Source: the human T2T-CHM13v2.0 reference genome, Homo sapiens. From it: a DNA stretch of 64,000 nt. Position 1 is the stretch's first letter; each line of letters starts with the position of its first letter. The stretch covers positions 32,096,001-32,160,000 of the forward strand of contig CP068257.2 of assembly GCA_009914755.4 (NCBI GenBank), written 5' to 3'. The position numbers and the translations under genes are program-made. Positions 50,745-64,000 of the stretch are shown piece by piece. A model generated the notes under the pieces. The model worked only from the letters and a program-made list of their open reading frames with translations, did not search any database and was not told the origin of the DNA.

Positions 50745-50975
50745 ATCCACTGTGTAGGCCTAGATTAAGGGGTGGCCAGCTCTGCCCAGTGGGCCGAATC
50801 TGGCCTGCATCTGTTTTTGTGAAGAAAGTTTTTATCGTACAAATAGCCATGCCCATTCATTTATATGTTGTCTATGGCTACTTTCTGCCAAAATGACAGA
50901 ATTCAGTATGATAAGGATTGTATGTCTTATAAACTGTAAAATATTTACTACCTGACCCTTTACTGATAGTTTGTC
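50745..50975 (-). mobile_element. MER5A-like hAT DNA-transposon relic (copy 2, opposite orientation to copy 1)
   Basis: ggggtggccagctctgcccagtgggccgaatctggcctgcatctgtttttgtgaagaaagtttttatcgtacaaatagccatgcccattcatttatatgttgtctatggctactttctgcc... is the reverse-complement arrangement of the same family as 44825-45060. Confidence 0.45.
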
Positions 50976-51009
50976 ATTTCCTGGTCTAGAGCAGAACATT
51001 TAACAATAT

Positions 51010-51375
51010 AGAGCTGGGTATGGTGGCTTATGCCTATAATCCCAGCGATTTGATAGGCTCACTTGAGGCCAGGACAGATCAGCCTGGGCAACACAGTGAG
51101 ACCCCCATCTCTACAAAATATTTTAAAAATTAGCTAGGCATGGTGGCGCACACCTTGTAATCTCACGTTTGGGAGGCTGAGGCAGGAGGATCATTTAAGC
51201 CCGGAAAGGCTGTGGTGAACTATGATCTTGACTGCAGTGAGGCTGCAGTGAACTGTGATCATGACTGCAGTGAGTCTGCAGTGAGCTGTGATCATGACTG
51301 CAGTGAGGCTGCAGTGAACTGTGATCATGTCATTGCACATCAGCCTGGGTAACAGTGAGAGCTCATCTGTTAAAA
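51010..51375 (+). mobile_element. AluJ-like, sense, with an internal ~33-bp minisatellite (3-4 tandem units) in its 3' arm
   Basis: gctgggtatggtggcttatgcctataatcccagcgatttgataggctcacttgaggccaggacagatcagcctgggcaacacagtgagacc...then gctgtggtgaactatgatcttgactgcagtgag / gctgcagtgaactgtgatcatgactgcagtgag / tctgcagtgagctgtgatcatgactgcagtgag / gctgcagtgaactgtgatcatgtcattgcacatcagcctgggtaacagtgagagctcatctgttaaaaaa. Confidence 0.85.
51209..51345. repeat. Alu-derived minisatellite, unit ~33 bp (CTGCAGTGAACTGTGATCATGACTGCAGTGAGG), ~3.5 copies
   Basis: Tandem units read directly; derived from the Alu region GAGGCTGCAGTGAGCTGTGATCGCGCCACTGCA. Confidence 0.85.
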
Positions 51376-51655
51376 AAGATTCATGGAATATGAGTGTATT
51401 ATATGTTAAATATGCAAAGGTTGGGGAAGAGTATCATTATAATCATAGCATTTGTTGAATGAGGAACACTGTCCCAACTACCTGTAATTTTATCTTTGCA
51501 GCAGTATAAAATAGGTACTATTTTGACAAAATGAGGGACAAAGAGACTCAGTTGGCCTGTGGTCAATAAGAAAACATAACTTTTAAATCACTAATGAATA
51601 GTAAAAAGCATGAATTTTCATGAAACCGGATTACAGTTAACTTTTTGTTGAATAG

Positions 51656-51793
51656 GAATCTTTCTGACATTGATCAAGATGGAAAACTTACAGCAGAGGA
51701 ATTTATCCTGGCAATGCACCTCATTGATGTAGCTATGTCTGGCCAACCACTGCCACCTGTCCTGCCTCCAGAATACATTCCACCTTCTTTTAG
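51656..51793 (+). CDS. ITSN1: ITSN1 coding exon (138 nt): (W)[45 protein letters not shown](R); EH2 Ca-binding loop DIDQDGKLT
   Basis: Acceptor tttgttgaatag|GAATC. Donor TTTAG|gtaagg. Confidence 0.9.
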
Positions 51794-52650
51794 GTAAGGA
51801 ACATGGGCTCTGATCAGGAATTGTATGCGGAGTATATGAATTCCAAACTTGGCTTTATTGACTATGTGTCTTACCTGATTTTCATCCCTGACAAGGAAAC
51901 TAAGTATCCGTGAATTCTAGAGACTCTCATCTAGGTCTATGTTAATCTTGGGCCCATTTTGTTCTTCAAAGTACTTGAAGTATATTAGTGAAACAATGAA
52001 GTAAAACATCAATAGATTGTTGATTTTCTACCAACCTATGTCATCAATGCTTACCAGAAATTTTCACAACAGATGCCAGCAGCAAGAGAGAAACTGCATG
52101 AGCCTATGCATAGAGAAGAAACCAAGGAGATCACACTTGTGAATTCCACACATTTCAGTGGTAACAAAAGCTGCTAGCAATGTAGAAATTATAATCAGGA
52201 AGACAAAGAAAATTACCCTGGACTGAAAGACAGTCTCAGTAAAGATGTCAAGAGAGTCACCTGAGGTCCAGTATTGTGACTGGCATCCTCATTTACATCC
52301 ATGCATGCATGCACACGCTGTCCAGGACAGCTCTGTCTCCTGGCTTTGAACATAAAAACTGAATATGAGATCTTACAAGTACAAAGGAGAATGAAAGAAA
52401 GATTAAGATTTCTGACCTGAGTCCTCAAACTGCAGGAAGGACTGGGGCAAAATCCCCTTTAAATGAAGAGAAATAGAGCCATTACTGTCAGCACACACGT
52501 GGTACAGGAGCAAGCTGAGGAAACTGTGACTATGTAGGAAGCAACAGATAGCTGAGGCACTTTGCCTGTGAAATCCCACAACTGCAACATTGGAAGCTGA
52601 TAATGAATGCGTAAAAAGGATTGGGAGACGGTTTAAACACAGCAAAGTTA

Positions 52651-53035
<385 letters not shown>

Positions 53036-53493
53036 TTACGAACTATATAGACATTGCATGTGTTTCTTAGGGGGTGAAATGGAGAGATGGGAAAGGGAAG
53101 AGAGATGCTCCTAGTGAGCTGAGCTGCTGATCTTCCCTTGGAGGAATTTAAGGTTACTTGAGAGGGCAATGGAAATAGCAGCTCCCACTTAGTGCTCACC
53201 ATGTCCCAGGCATTGTTCTTACCACTTTTTGATTATTAACTACTTTCATCCTTTGGAATTGTTTCAATTTTGGTGGTGATTCTTAAGCTTGGCACTCAGA
53301 GTCTGATGACATTCCAATATTCATTAAAAAACTCTTTGTAAATAGAGAAGACCAAATCTTTATATTTTCCTTACTGTAAATGAAATTTGCTCCATGGCAT
53401 GGTAAAATCTTTAAAAATCCTTCTTCATAACTTGTCCAACTCCACCCAGACAGCTCTGTGTGAATCTATTTTTCTTTTTCCCCGCAATTGCAG

Positions 53494-53609
53494 AAGAGTT
53501 CGATCTGGCAGTGGTATATCTGTCATAAGCTCAACATCTGTAGATCAGAGGCTACCAGAGGAACCAGTTTTAGAAGATGAACAACAACAATTAGAAAAGA
53601 AATTACCTG
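53494..53609 (+). CDS. ITSN1: ITSN1 coding exon (116 nt): (R)[38 protein letters not shown](V)
   Basis: Acceptor ccccgcaattgcag|AAGAG. Donor CCTG|gtaagg. Overlaps ORF-track 53387..53635. Confidence 0.9.
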
Positions 53610-54069
53610 GTAAGGCAGCCTTTATGTTGAGTTAAATCATTTAGATTAAACGAAATTAGAGATTTCCTATCTCTAAGACAAAGATAGAGGTAAACATAAA
53701 TTTAGTTTTTGACATTTTTGCCTTGTAACTTAACTGACCTTAGTTGGAGATAATTGTTAATTAAGCTTGTGGATTTGGGTCTGGATAGAGAAATAAGAAC
53801 ATTATGCACTCTGCTAATGCACCGTTGTTCTAACTTGTAACTTGAAATCTGATTATAAACTGCTAAACAAAAATTATGTAAATGTTATCCATAGAATATA
53901 CAGCACTAAAAACTGATGAGTATTAAGGTGATTGCTTAATACCACCAGTGCAGAAATAGAAAATCAAATCATCTACTGTTGTTTTCTCATGTTGTTATAA
54001 GAGAATTGGAAACTCCTTAATTGCAGGAACCTATTTTAAATTTAATGTGAACCTATTTTATTTTATTTA

Positions 54070-54362
54070 TTTTGTTTTTTGAGATGGAGTCTCACTCTGT
54101 TACCCAGGCAGGAGTGGAGTGGCGCAATCTAGGCTCACTGCAACCTCCGCCTCCCAGGTTCAAGTGATTCTCCTGCCTCAGCCTCTGGAGTAGTTGGGAC
54201 TACAGGCACATGCACCACGCCCGGCTAATTTTTGTATTTTTAGTAGAGATGGGGTTTCACCATGTTGGCCAGGCTGATCTCAAACTCCTGACCTCAAGTG
54301 ATCCACCTACCTCAGCCTCCCAAAGTGCTGGGATTATAGGCGTGAGTCACTGTGCCCAGCTG
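54070..54362 (-). mobile_element. Alu, antisense
   Basis: ttatttattttgttttttgagatggagtctcactctgttacccaggcaggagtggagtggcgcaatctaggctcactgcaacc...caaagtgctgggattataggcgtgagtcactgtgcccagc. Confidence 0.85.
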
Positions 54363-55369
54363 AACCTATTTTAAATAATACTCATTTACAATGATAAATC
54401 CATCATACTATTAAAATATTCTAAGGTGGCTATGAATTATTAATGATGAGATGATAATGATACTAAGAAGCAAATGAAATTATGGAGTCTTTTATGATAA
54501 ATACTTTGTCAGTGTCATTTTGCTGCATTTAAGATGCTCAGCAGTTAATTGGTCTGGTCAGAACACTGGCTGTCCCAGTTTATTGTCTAAACTAAATTAC
54601 CTTTTGTTCACTGATGAAATACTATTGGAAATATTTTACGTGCAAGCCTGCATGTTGAGCAAAGAATCTAAATGTTAATACATGGTTCATACTTTCTAGA
54701 ACCTTTAAAATATATTAGAGGATTTAAGACATCCATATAAGCAATCACTTCAGCAGTATGTGAGTGGGATAAATTCCTGGAGAGTATTATAGATGCACAA
54801 CAGACCTCACTTATGGTTGGTTGGTGTAGACTGGGGAAGATATGAGGAATTAAATGTCTGTGGAAGAGGTCACAGTTGAGTTGAGAGTTGAAGATGAATA
54901 GGGTCACCACAAGTGGAAGTGAGAATAGTTCAGGTTTTGATAACAATGAGAATGAAATTTCAATGGCAGATAAGGACAGGAATGCTTGGAATGCAGAATT
55001 TTCTTTTTCTGTTTTTAGTAGACATTCATTTAAAATTTTGAACAGGAAGCAACATTATCAGAGATTTCATTTGTGCATTCATTCCTTCAACAGCCGTTTA
55101 TTATATGCCTCCTACATACTAGGAATATTGCCAGATGCTGGAATTAAAAAGATGTATAGAGACTTGGAGAGTTTTTTAAATTGAGATGAGATTCACATAA
55201 TACAAAATGTACAGTTCAGAGGCTGTCTTAGTCTGCTTGGACTACCATAACAAAATAGCATAGACCGGGCAGCTTGAACAGTGGGAATTTTATCTCTCAC
55301 CGTTCTGGAGGCTGGAAGTCCAAGATCACGGTGTGCAGATTTGGTTCCCAGTGAGGGCCCTCTTCGTAG

Positions 55370-55780
<411 letters not shown>

Positions 55781-55805
55781 CCCTGTCTTTTTATAAGGAT
55801 ATTAA

Positions 55806-56145
<340 letters not shown>

Positions 56146-56544
56146 CTAATCTAATCTTAACCTTCCAGAGGCTCCATCTCCAAATATCACATTAGGGTAA
56201 TTAGGGCTTAAACATATGGATTTTGGTGAGGCGACACAAACATTCAGTTCCTAACAATGACATTTAGTGCATTCACAGTGCCTTGCAGCCACAACCTCTC
56301 TTGTCCCAAGATACTTTCCTCACCTCACAACAAAACTCCATATCCATCACTCCCTCCAGCCCCTGGCAACCACCAATCTGCTTTCTGATTCTTGGGATTT
56401 ACCTGTTGTGGATATTTCATATAAATGGAATCATATATGACTGTTTATGACTGACATCTTTCACTTGGCACAATATTTTTGAGATTCATCCACCTTGCAG
56501 CATGTATCATTACATCATCCCTTTCTGTGGGAGGGGGACTTTGA

Positions 56545-56845
<301 letters not shown>

Positions 56846-57841
56846 CAGGACTTTGAATTTTAAGATATCAGAGTAGAGGATACCATCTCCTCTGAAATCA
56901 CCAAAGGTGAGCAAGAAAACCAAAACATACTTGCCCGCTTTCATCTCTAATCGCTGACTACAGTACGTGAAGGAAGTCTGTCTAAAGCAGTGAAGTCCAA
57001 ACAGGAATGTGGGAAGAAGCCAAAGATGGATGCTCACAGCTGCAGATCTCAAGGCAGAGTGAGAAGCAATGGTTCTTAGATGTGGACCAGGGACTGGCAT
57101 GCTGCACAGGGTGGCAATGAGTGCTCCCCTGGCCGGCGTTGGTACCAAGGAGGATTGCGTGAGGCCAACACAGAAATGAAATAGACACTGCTGAGGACAG
57201 TAAGGGACAAGGATGATGGGATTGTAGAAAATGAAGAAATAAAATGGACATAAAGTATTAGAAAAAAAAGGATAGAACTGAGTAATCATTCTAAATTTAT
57301 AATTGATGTGTTAAAGAAGGAAACTGAATAATGGGTTAGAAAAAATTGTTGACTGACTGTGATCTCCATAGGGATCAGGGCACAGCTTGTTCTTCAGTGT
57401 GAAAAGCCGAATGCTCACCTTTCACTCTGCTTTGAGAAATCTTGTTAGAATAGAGGACTCATCAGCACGGTTACAAGGCAAAGGGAAGGAGGGAGAGAGA
57501 CAGAGACTCATGGTCCAGAAGAGAGGGGGTTAATTCCTAGGGCAAGCTCATGGGAAGAAGGGAAAGGATGGAGTAACAGGGAAGGAAAGGAGTCTGGATG
57601 GTGATGTAGAACTGCTAGATAAGGATCTTTTAGAAACAGTGTTTGGCGTGGAGGAGAAGATATAAACAGAGAGGTTAGGCAAAGGGGGTTTTCGTTGTGC
57701 TCATTAACAAGGACACAGAAGCTTAGGGAGTTCTGGGTTTGGGTTTGTACTACAAATTTCAAATACATTGGTGAGTTTTCCTTTGAAAAGAGTCCGTTGA
57801 AAATCTTGAGTTTTCATAGTTGCTGTGTTCCTTGTCTGAAG

Positions 57842-58104
57842 TAACGTTTGAAGATAAGAAGCGGGAGAACTTTGAACGTGGCAACCTGGAACTGGAGAAA
57901 CGAAGGCAAGCTCTCCTGGAACAGCAGCGCAAGGAGCAGGAGCGCCTGGCCCAGCTGGAGCGGGCGGAGCAGGAGAGGAAGGAGCGTGAGCGCCAGGAGC
58001 AAGAGCGCAAAAGACAACTGGAACTGGAGAAGCAACTGGAAAAGCAGCGGGAGCTAGAACGGCAGAGAGAGGAGGAGAGGAGGAAAGAAATTGAGAGGCG
58101 AGAG
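57842..58104 (+). CDS. ITSN1: ITSN1 coding exon (263 nt, ends phase 0): (V)[87 protein letters not shown]; start of coiled-coil (KLERQ) region
   Basis: Acceptor ccttgtctgaag|TAACG. Donor GAG|gtaagc. Lies inside ORF-track 57820..58173 (+). Confidence 0.9.
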
Positions 58105-58749
58105 GTAAGCAGGCGAGAGTGGAGCCACCCGGAGTTAGTGTGCGATCACCCCTTTTCAGAATTATCCAAGTGATCTATTCACGCCATCTTTGTCTTTTTA
58201 CAATTCAGTAGTTTTAGTATATTCCCAAAGTTGTGCAACCATCGTCCCTAATTCCAGAACATTTTCATCACTCCAGCTCTTTACCCATTAAGCAGCTACT
58301 CCCCATTTCTTTCTCCCTCCAGCTCCTATCATTAATTTTACTTTCTATCTTTCTAGATTTACTTATTCAGGACATTTTTTATAAATGGAATCATCAATAT
58401 ATGGACTTTTGTTTCTGGCTTTCATTTAGCATAATGTTTTCAAGGTTCATCCACATTGTAAAATGAATCAGTCCTTTATTCCTGTTTATGGCTGAGTAAT
58501 ATTTCGTTATATGGGTATACCACATTTTTTAATTCATTCAGCAGTTGATGGTCATTGTGGCTATTATAAACAATGATGTTATGAACATTAATGTACAAGT
58601 TTTTGATGATACAATTTTGTAACAAACCACTGATACCAGTAAAGTGTTTTTCCAGACTGTTTTCTCTGTATACACCTATATAAAAATATAAAGGTTTATA
58701 TGGCGGAGAGTGTAAGGGCTGTATAATTTTTTAAAAACCACTGTAATAG

Positions 58750-59104
<355 letters not shown>

Positions 59105-59299
59105 TAAACTCTTTTAAAAATATGTCTGGGACATCCTCCCTATATTCTATGGAAGGCTTCGTAAATTTAGCGCCATACCTGGAAAGGGGCTAAGCAAATC
59201 TTGTCTCTCTTTCCAATTTTAGTACATTACTGCAGAAGCAACACATGGTTCTTTCATGTGAATGAAAGATAAAAATGAGGAATTTTTCGATGTAAAAAA

Positions 59300-59440
59300 A
59301 TAGCCTGAGTGCTGTGCCTCAAGCCTGTAATCCCAGCACTTTGGGAGGCTAAGGAGGGATGATCACTTGAGGCCAGTAGTTGGAGGCCACTGCATTCCAG
59401 CCTAGGTGACAGAGCAAGAACCTGTCTCAAAAAAAGAAAG
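59300..59440 (+). mobile_element. Alu with large internal deletion, sense
   Basis: tagcctgagtgctgtgcctcaagcctgtaatcccagcactttgggaggctaaggagggatgatcacttgaggccagtagttggaggccactgcattccagcctaggtgacagagcaagaacctgtctcaaaaaaagaaagaaa. Confidence 0.75.
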
Positions 59441-59461
59441 AAACAAAACTTATAGCCATAA

Positions 59462-59800
<339 letters not shown>

Positions 59801-60509
59801 TAATTTTCAGAATGAACAAAGATAGGCAAACTTTTCTTCAACGTACCAAAAAAATGATATTCTAGAGTATTTATTCAGAATTATTTAATAGACATTTACC
59901 ATGTATCAGGTGTAGTTGGATGACCCATGAGTCAGAGGCAATTCCCATAGACTGTCAGATGCTCTGATATGTACTCTATCTAGCAGTCGTCAGAGCCAGT
60001 CGTTGGAGGGAGCAAAAGCTTTTGTGGTAAAAAGGAAATGAATGATTAGGAAGTGGGGAGTCGCAGACTTTTAAAACGAGTTAAGTAATAATTTCTCTTT
60101 TGGTGGAGTAAAATCAACTCTTGTTTGTTTTTGTTCAGGGGTGTTTTAGTTTGATTTTACTACATAAATTTTCCTTCTTGGCGTGTCAGTAAATAAGAAG
60201 GAGCATTTTTAGTTAGCACATCAAGCATTCTTGAAGGCATAAAGAATGGAATTCTAATGGGGAAATAATCCTGTCATCTTACGTAAATATAGTATTATGT
60301 AAATATAATACCCAGTTCTGTGTATTCCCTTTATTCCCATAGAAGGAATACTGTATTTTTATGTAATTTTTTGTTTTCTAATGTGATTTCTTGTAATGTT
60401 TAATATTTCATCCCTAAAAGGAAAGACTTCCTAGATGCCATTTTTGTGAAAAGACATTGTGTAGTGTAAGAACTGAAAAATTAGTAATTTGTCTCTGTAA
60501 ATGTCACAG

Positions 60510-60659
60510 GCTGCAAAACGGGAACTTGAAAGGCAACGACAACTTGAGTGGGAACGGAATCGAAGGCAAGAACTACTAAATCAAAGAAACAAAGAACAAG
60601 AGGACATAGTTGTACTGAAAGCAAAGAAAAAGACTTTGGAATTTGAATTAGAAGCTCTA
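60510..60659 (+). CDS. ITSN1: ITSN1 coding exon (150 nt, phase 0-0): [50 protein letters not shown]; coiled coil
   Basis: Acceptor aatgtcacag|GCTGC. Donor CTA|gtgagt. Lies inside ORF-track 60501..60710. Confidence 0.9.
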
Positions 60660-60748
60660 GTGAGTGAAGTTTGGTTATACTTTGAAAATATACTAAGATG
60701 GAACCATTAAAAACAGTAATAATTTTTATTATCTTTCATTTGTTCAAG

Positions 60749-60889
60749 AATGATAAAAAGCATCAACTAGAAGGGAAACTTCAAGATATCAGATGTCGAT
60801 TGACCACCCAAAGGCAAGAAATTGAGAGCACAAACAAATCTAGAGAGTTGAGAATTGCCGAAATCACCCATCTACAGCAACAATTACAG
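60749..60889 (+). CDS. ITSN1: ITSN1 coding exon (141 nt, phase 0-0): [47 protein letters not shown]; coiled coil. The next exon lies beyond this window.
   Basis: Acceptor tttgttcaag|AATGAT. Donor CAG|gtgagg. Lies inside ORF-track 60698..60910. Confidence 0.9.
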
Positions 60890-61039
60890 GTGAGGAAATA
60901 TGCCTCTTAAAAGCTATTATATTAAACTGGCATCCTTTTCTCTAATTCATTTCATTTACTTACTTATTCAGTAAACATTAAGCAACTGTCTTGTACTAGG
61001 CACTGGGAAGCAAAAATGAAGTAGACAGGGTCCTTGTGT

Positions 61040-61500
61040 GAAAAGTAGCCTGTCAAGGAGACAAACTCAGCAAATATTTACTGAGCACTGCTTCGGGCCA
61101 GGTGCTTTTGCAGTTTCTGAGGCTACAGCAGGGACAGACACTCTGTCTTCTGGGAGCTTACCCTCTGTTTGCAGGAGGAACAGAGACTAACAAAATAAAG
61201 TGTGTACTGTATTAGAAGATGAAAAGTGCTATGGAGAGTGAGTAGGGAAGGGAATAGAGAGTCCTAGGGATAGGAAATGTTGTGATTTTAACTAAGGTAG
61301 CCAAGACAGGTCTTTCTGGATGGTGACATTTGAGCAGAGACTTGAAATTAATGACAGGCTAAGCCATGTGGGTATCTGGCAGAGCAAGATCTAGGCAGGG
61401 AAATAGTGCCAAAGTCCTGAGGTCGTAGCAGGACTCTGAGATGCCAGTTACAGCAAGGAGACTACTGGGTAGAGCAGGTGGGAGCTGGATCACACAGAAC
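61040..61500 (+). repeat. Ancient L2 3'-region relic
   Basis: ...ggtgacatttgagcagagacttgaaattaatgacaggctaagccatgtgggtatctggcagagcaagatctaggcagggaaatagtgccaaagtcctgaggtcgtagcaggactctgag resembles the L2 3' consensus (...ggtgacatttgagctgagacctgaaggatgagaaggagccagccatgcgaagatctgggggaagagcattccaggcagagggaacagcaagtgcaaaggccctgaggc...). Confidence 0.5.
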
Positions 61501-62051
61501 CTGTAGTCCACCAACAGGACTTTGGCTTTACTGTGGTAATTACAATAAATAAGTACACTTAAGTATTTTAGGGGGTCATATGAGAGCTATATGTATACTA
61601 AATAGTTGGAGACATACAGAGCACTTTTAGTAGTTCTGTCTTCATTTTAAAGCCTATCCAAAGTTGTTATAATATCACCTGGTTTGGTATCAAGTGCTGA
61701 ACTACAGGGGCATCAAATTCATGTAAATATTGCCTGTGGATGATCATATTTGCCTGTGATTCCTTTATGTTAGGCTTTTTCTCAGCATGATGTTTTTGAG
61801 ATGTGTCCATGTTACTGAGTGAATGACTCTTTTGTTTCTTTTCATCACTGAGTAGTGTTTCCTTATGTGTCCATTCACCTATTGGTTGATATTCAGGTTC
61901 TTTCCAGTGTGGAACTTTTATGAATAAAACTGCAGTGAGCATTTATGTACAAGTCTTTATGTGGAAATGGTTTATTTCTCTTGGGTAAACTTTTAGGAAT
62001 GGAACTACTGTGTCATGTAAGTGTATATTTAACCCCATAAGAAACTGTCAG

Positions 62052-62345
62052 GCTGGGCACAGTGGGTCACACCTGTAAACCCAATACTTTGAGAGGGCAA
62101 GGTAAGAGGATTGCTTGAGCTCAGGAGTTTGAGACCAGCCTGGGAAACATAGCAAGACCCCATCTCTAAAAAAAAAAAAAAAAAACTTAAAAATTAGCTG
62201 GCATGGGGGCGTTCACCTGTAGTACCTGCCTGAGGCAGGAAGACCACTTGAGCCCACGATATCGAGGCTGCAGTGAGCTATGATTGAGCCACTGACTGCC
62301 TGGGCCACAGAATGAGACCCTGTTCAAAAAAAAAAAAAAAAAGAG
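62052..62345 (+). mobile_element. AluJ-like (diverged), sense
   Basis: ggctgggcacagtgggtcacacctgtaaacccaatactttgagagggcaaggtaagaggattgcttgagctcaggagtttgagaccagcctgggaaacatagcaagaccc...cctgggccacagaatgagaccctgttcaaaaaaaaaaaaaaaaag. Confidence 0.8.
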
Positions 62346-64000
62346 AGAGAAAAGAGAAAGGAAAGAAAGAGAACTGACAAACTGCAAAGAGTTTGTACCA
62401 TTTTACATTCTGATCATTTAATTTGTATTTCCCTGAAGGCTAATGATGTTGGGAATCATCTTACATGTTTATTGGCGAGTATTTTTTACTGTGCATCTTC
62501 GTTGAAGTGTCTGAACAAATCTTTTGCCCATTTTTTATTGGGCTGTTTGTCTTACTATTTACTTGTAAAAGTTCTTTTTATATTCTTAACAAGTCCTTTG
62601 TCAGATACGTGTTTTGCAAATATTTTCTCCCAATCTGGCTTGGGTTTAATTTTTGTTAGTGGTATTTTTTAAAGGGCAGAAGTTTTAAATTTTGATGAAG
62701 TTCAGTTTACCATTTTTTTTCTTTTGGTGTTCATGCTTTTTATGTTCTATCTGAGAAATCTTTGACTACCCCATGACTGCAAATATTTTATTTTCTTCTA
62801 GAAGTTTTTGGGGCTTAAAAAAATAATTTTTACAAGTTTTTATAAATTGAAAAAAACTTAAAATTTTAAGTTTCATAGTTGTATCTTATATGTTTAGGTC
62901 TATGAGCTATTTCAAGTTGATTTTTGCAGATAGTATAAGGTAAAGGTTGAGGTTTATATTTTTACATACTGATACACAGTTGTTATAGCACCATTTATTA
63001 AAAACACTGGCTTTTTTCCCATTGAGTTACCTTGGTAGCTTGTTGAAAATCAGTTGAACATATTTGTAATGGTCTATTCTGGACTCTATTCTGTTCTTTT
63101 GATCTGTCTGTCCTTTACCAGTACCTCACCCTGTTGATACCTAATTTTTGAAGTCAAGTGATACGAATTCTCTGTTATTGTTCTTTTTAGAATTGTTTTT
63201 GGTTATTCCAGGTCCTTAACATTTCCATGTACATTTTAGAATCAGCTTATCAGTTTTTACAAAAATGCTTGGAATTTTGTTGGAATTCCATTGAATTTAT
63301 AAATCAATTTGGGAAGATTTGACATCTCAGCAATAGTAAATCTATGGCATAAATCTCTATTTTGGTAGTTATAAATTTCTCTCAGCAATGTTTTGTAGTT
63401 TGCAGTGTCCAAGTCTTGTAGATACTTTGTAAAGTTTATCCCTAAGTATTTTGTGGCTTTTGATGCTATTGTATATTGCATATTTTTATTTTAGTTTCCA
63501 GTTGTTTGGTGCCAGTATATGGAAATAGAATTTATTTTTGTATATTGACCTTATATCTGTGATTGCTTAACTAACTTCCTTTGTGTGTCTTACTTTGTTG
63601 ACCAGAACCTCCCATACTATATTGGATAGAAGTGGGAAGAGCCTTGTTCCCTCTCGATGAAGGAAAGCTCTCTCACCATAGAGTATAGTGTTAACCAGGG
63701 TTCTTGTAAACACCTTTTATCAGGTTGATGGACTTCTCCTTTTGCTGAGGGTTTTTATGATGAATGGGTGTTGAAATAGATCATATGTTTTTTCCCCGCA
63801 TCTATTGAGATAAGTATGTGTTTTTTCTTTCTTATTTTGTTAATATGATGAAGTACATGGTTGCCATTTGAATGTTAAATCAGCCTTCCATTCTTGGGAT
63901 AAACCACTCTTGGTCATGGTATATTACCCTTTATTAAAATATTTCACTACATTCCATTTCCCATTATTTTATTAAGGATCTTTTTAAATCTGTTGAATTC

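Noticed and set aside
57759-58057. Overlapping - strand ORFs (57759..58010, 57814..58035) and a second + frame ORF (57848..58057) over the coiled-coil exon
   Set aside because: Artefacts of GAG/CAG/CGG codon periodicity in the KLERQ-rich exon. The translations are Arg/Ser/Leu homopolymer-like ([18 protein letters not shown]..., [27 protein letters not shown]...).

Overview
This window is primate nuclear DNA, almost certainly human chromosome 21q22.1. It covers the 5' half of the intersectin-1 gene (ITSN1) on the + strand and is neither prokaryotic nor viral. Thirteen coding exons splice into one continuous reading frame. All have canonical AG/GT boundaries and consistent phases. The frame begins [78 protein letters not shown] and runs to [18 protein letters not shown], about 532 residues. 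This spans EH domain 1, the proline/valine-rich linker, EH domain 2 and the start of the KLERQ-rich coiled-coil region of ITSN1. The introns are large (up to about 15 kb) and heavily repeat-laden: about 53 Alu copies or fragments on both strands, roughly 23% of the window. Also present are decayed L1 fragments, L2/MIR relics, a possible MER5A-like DNA-transposon pair, a MADE1-like fragment and several microsatellites. Nearly every ORF in the supplied six-frame track outside the ITSN1 exons is Alu-derived. Typical Alu-frame translations include [22 protein letters not shown] and [12 protein letters not shown]; the remaining ORFs are chance frames in AT-rich intron. I see no CRISPR array, no rRNA or tRNA, no operon-like gene cluster and no candidate undescribed system. 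The noteworthy items are structural: Alus that share target-site duplications, an Alu-internal minisatellite, tight inverted Alu pairs, and antisense Alus placed just upstream of exons.
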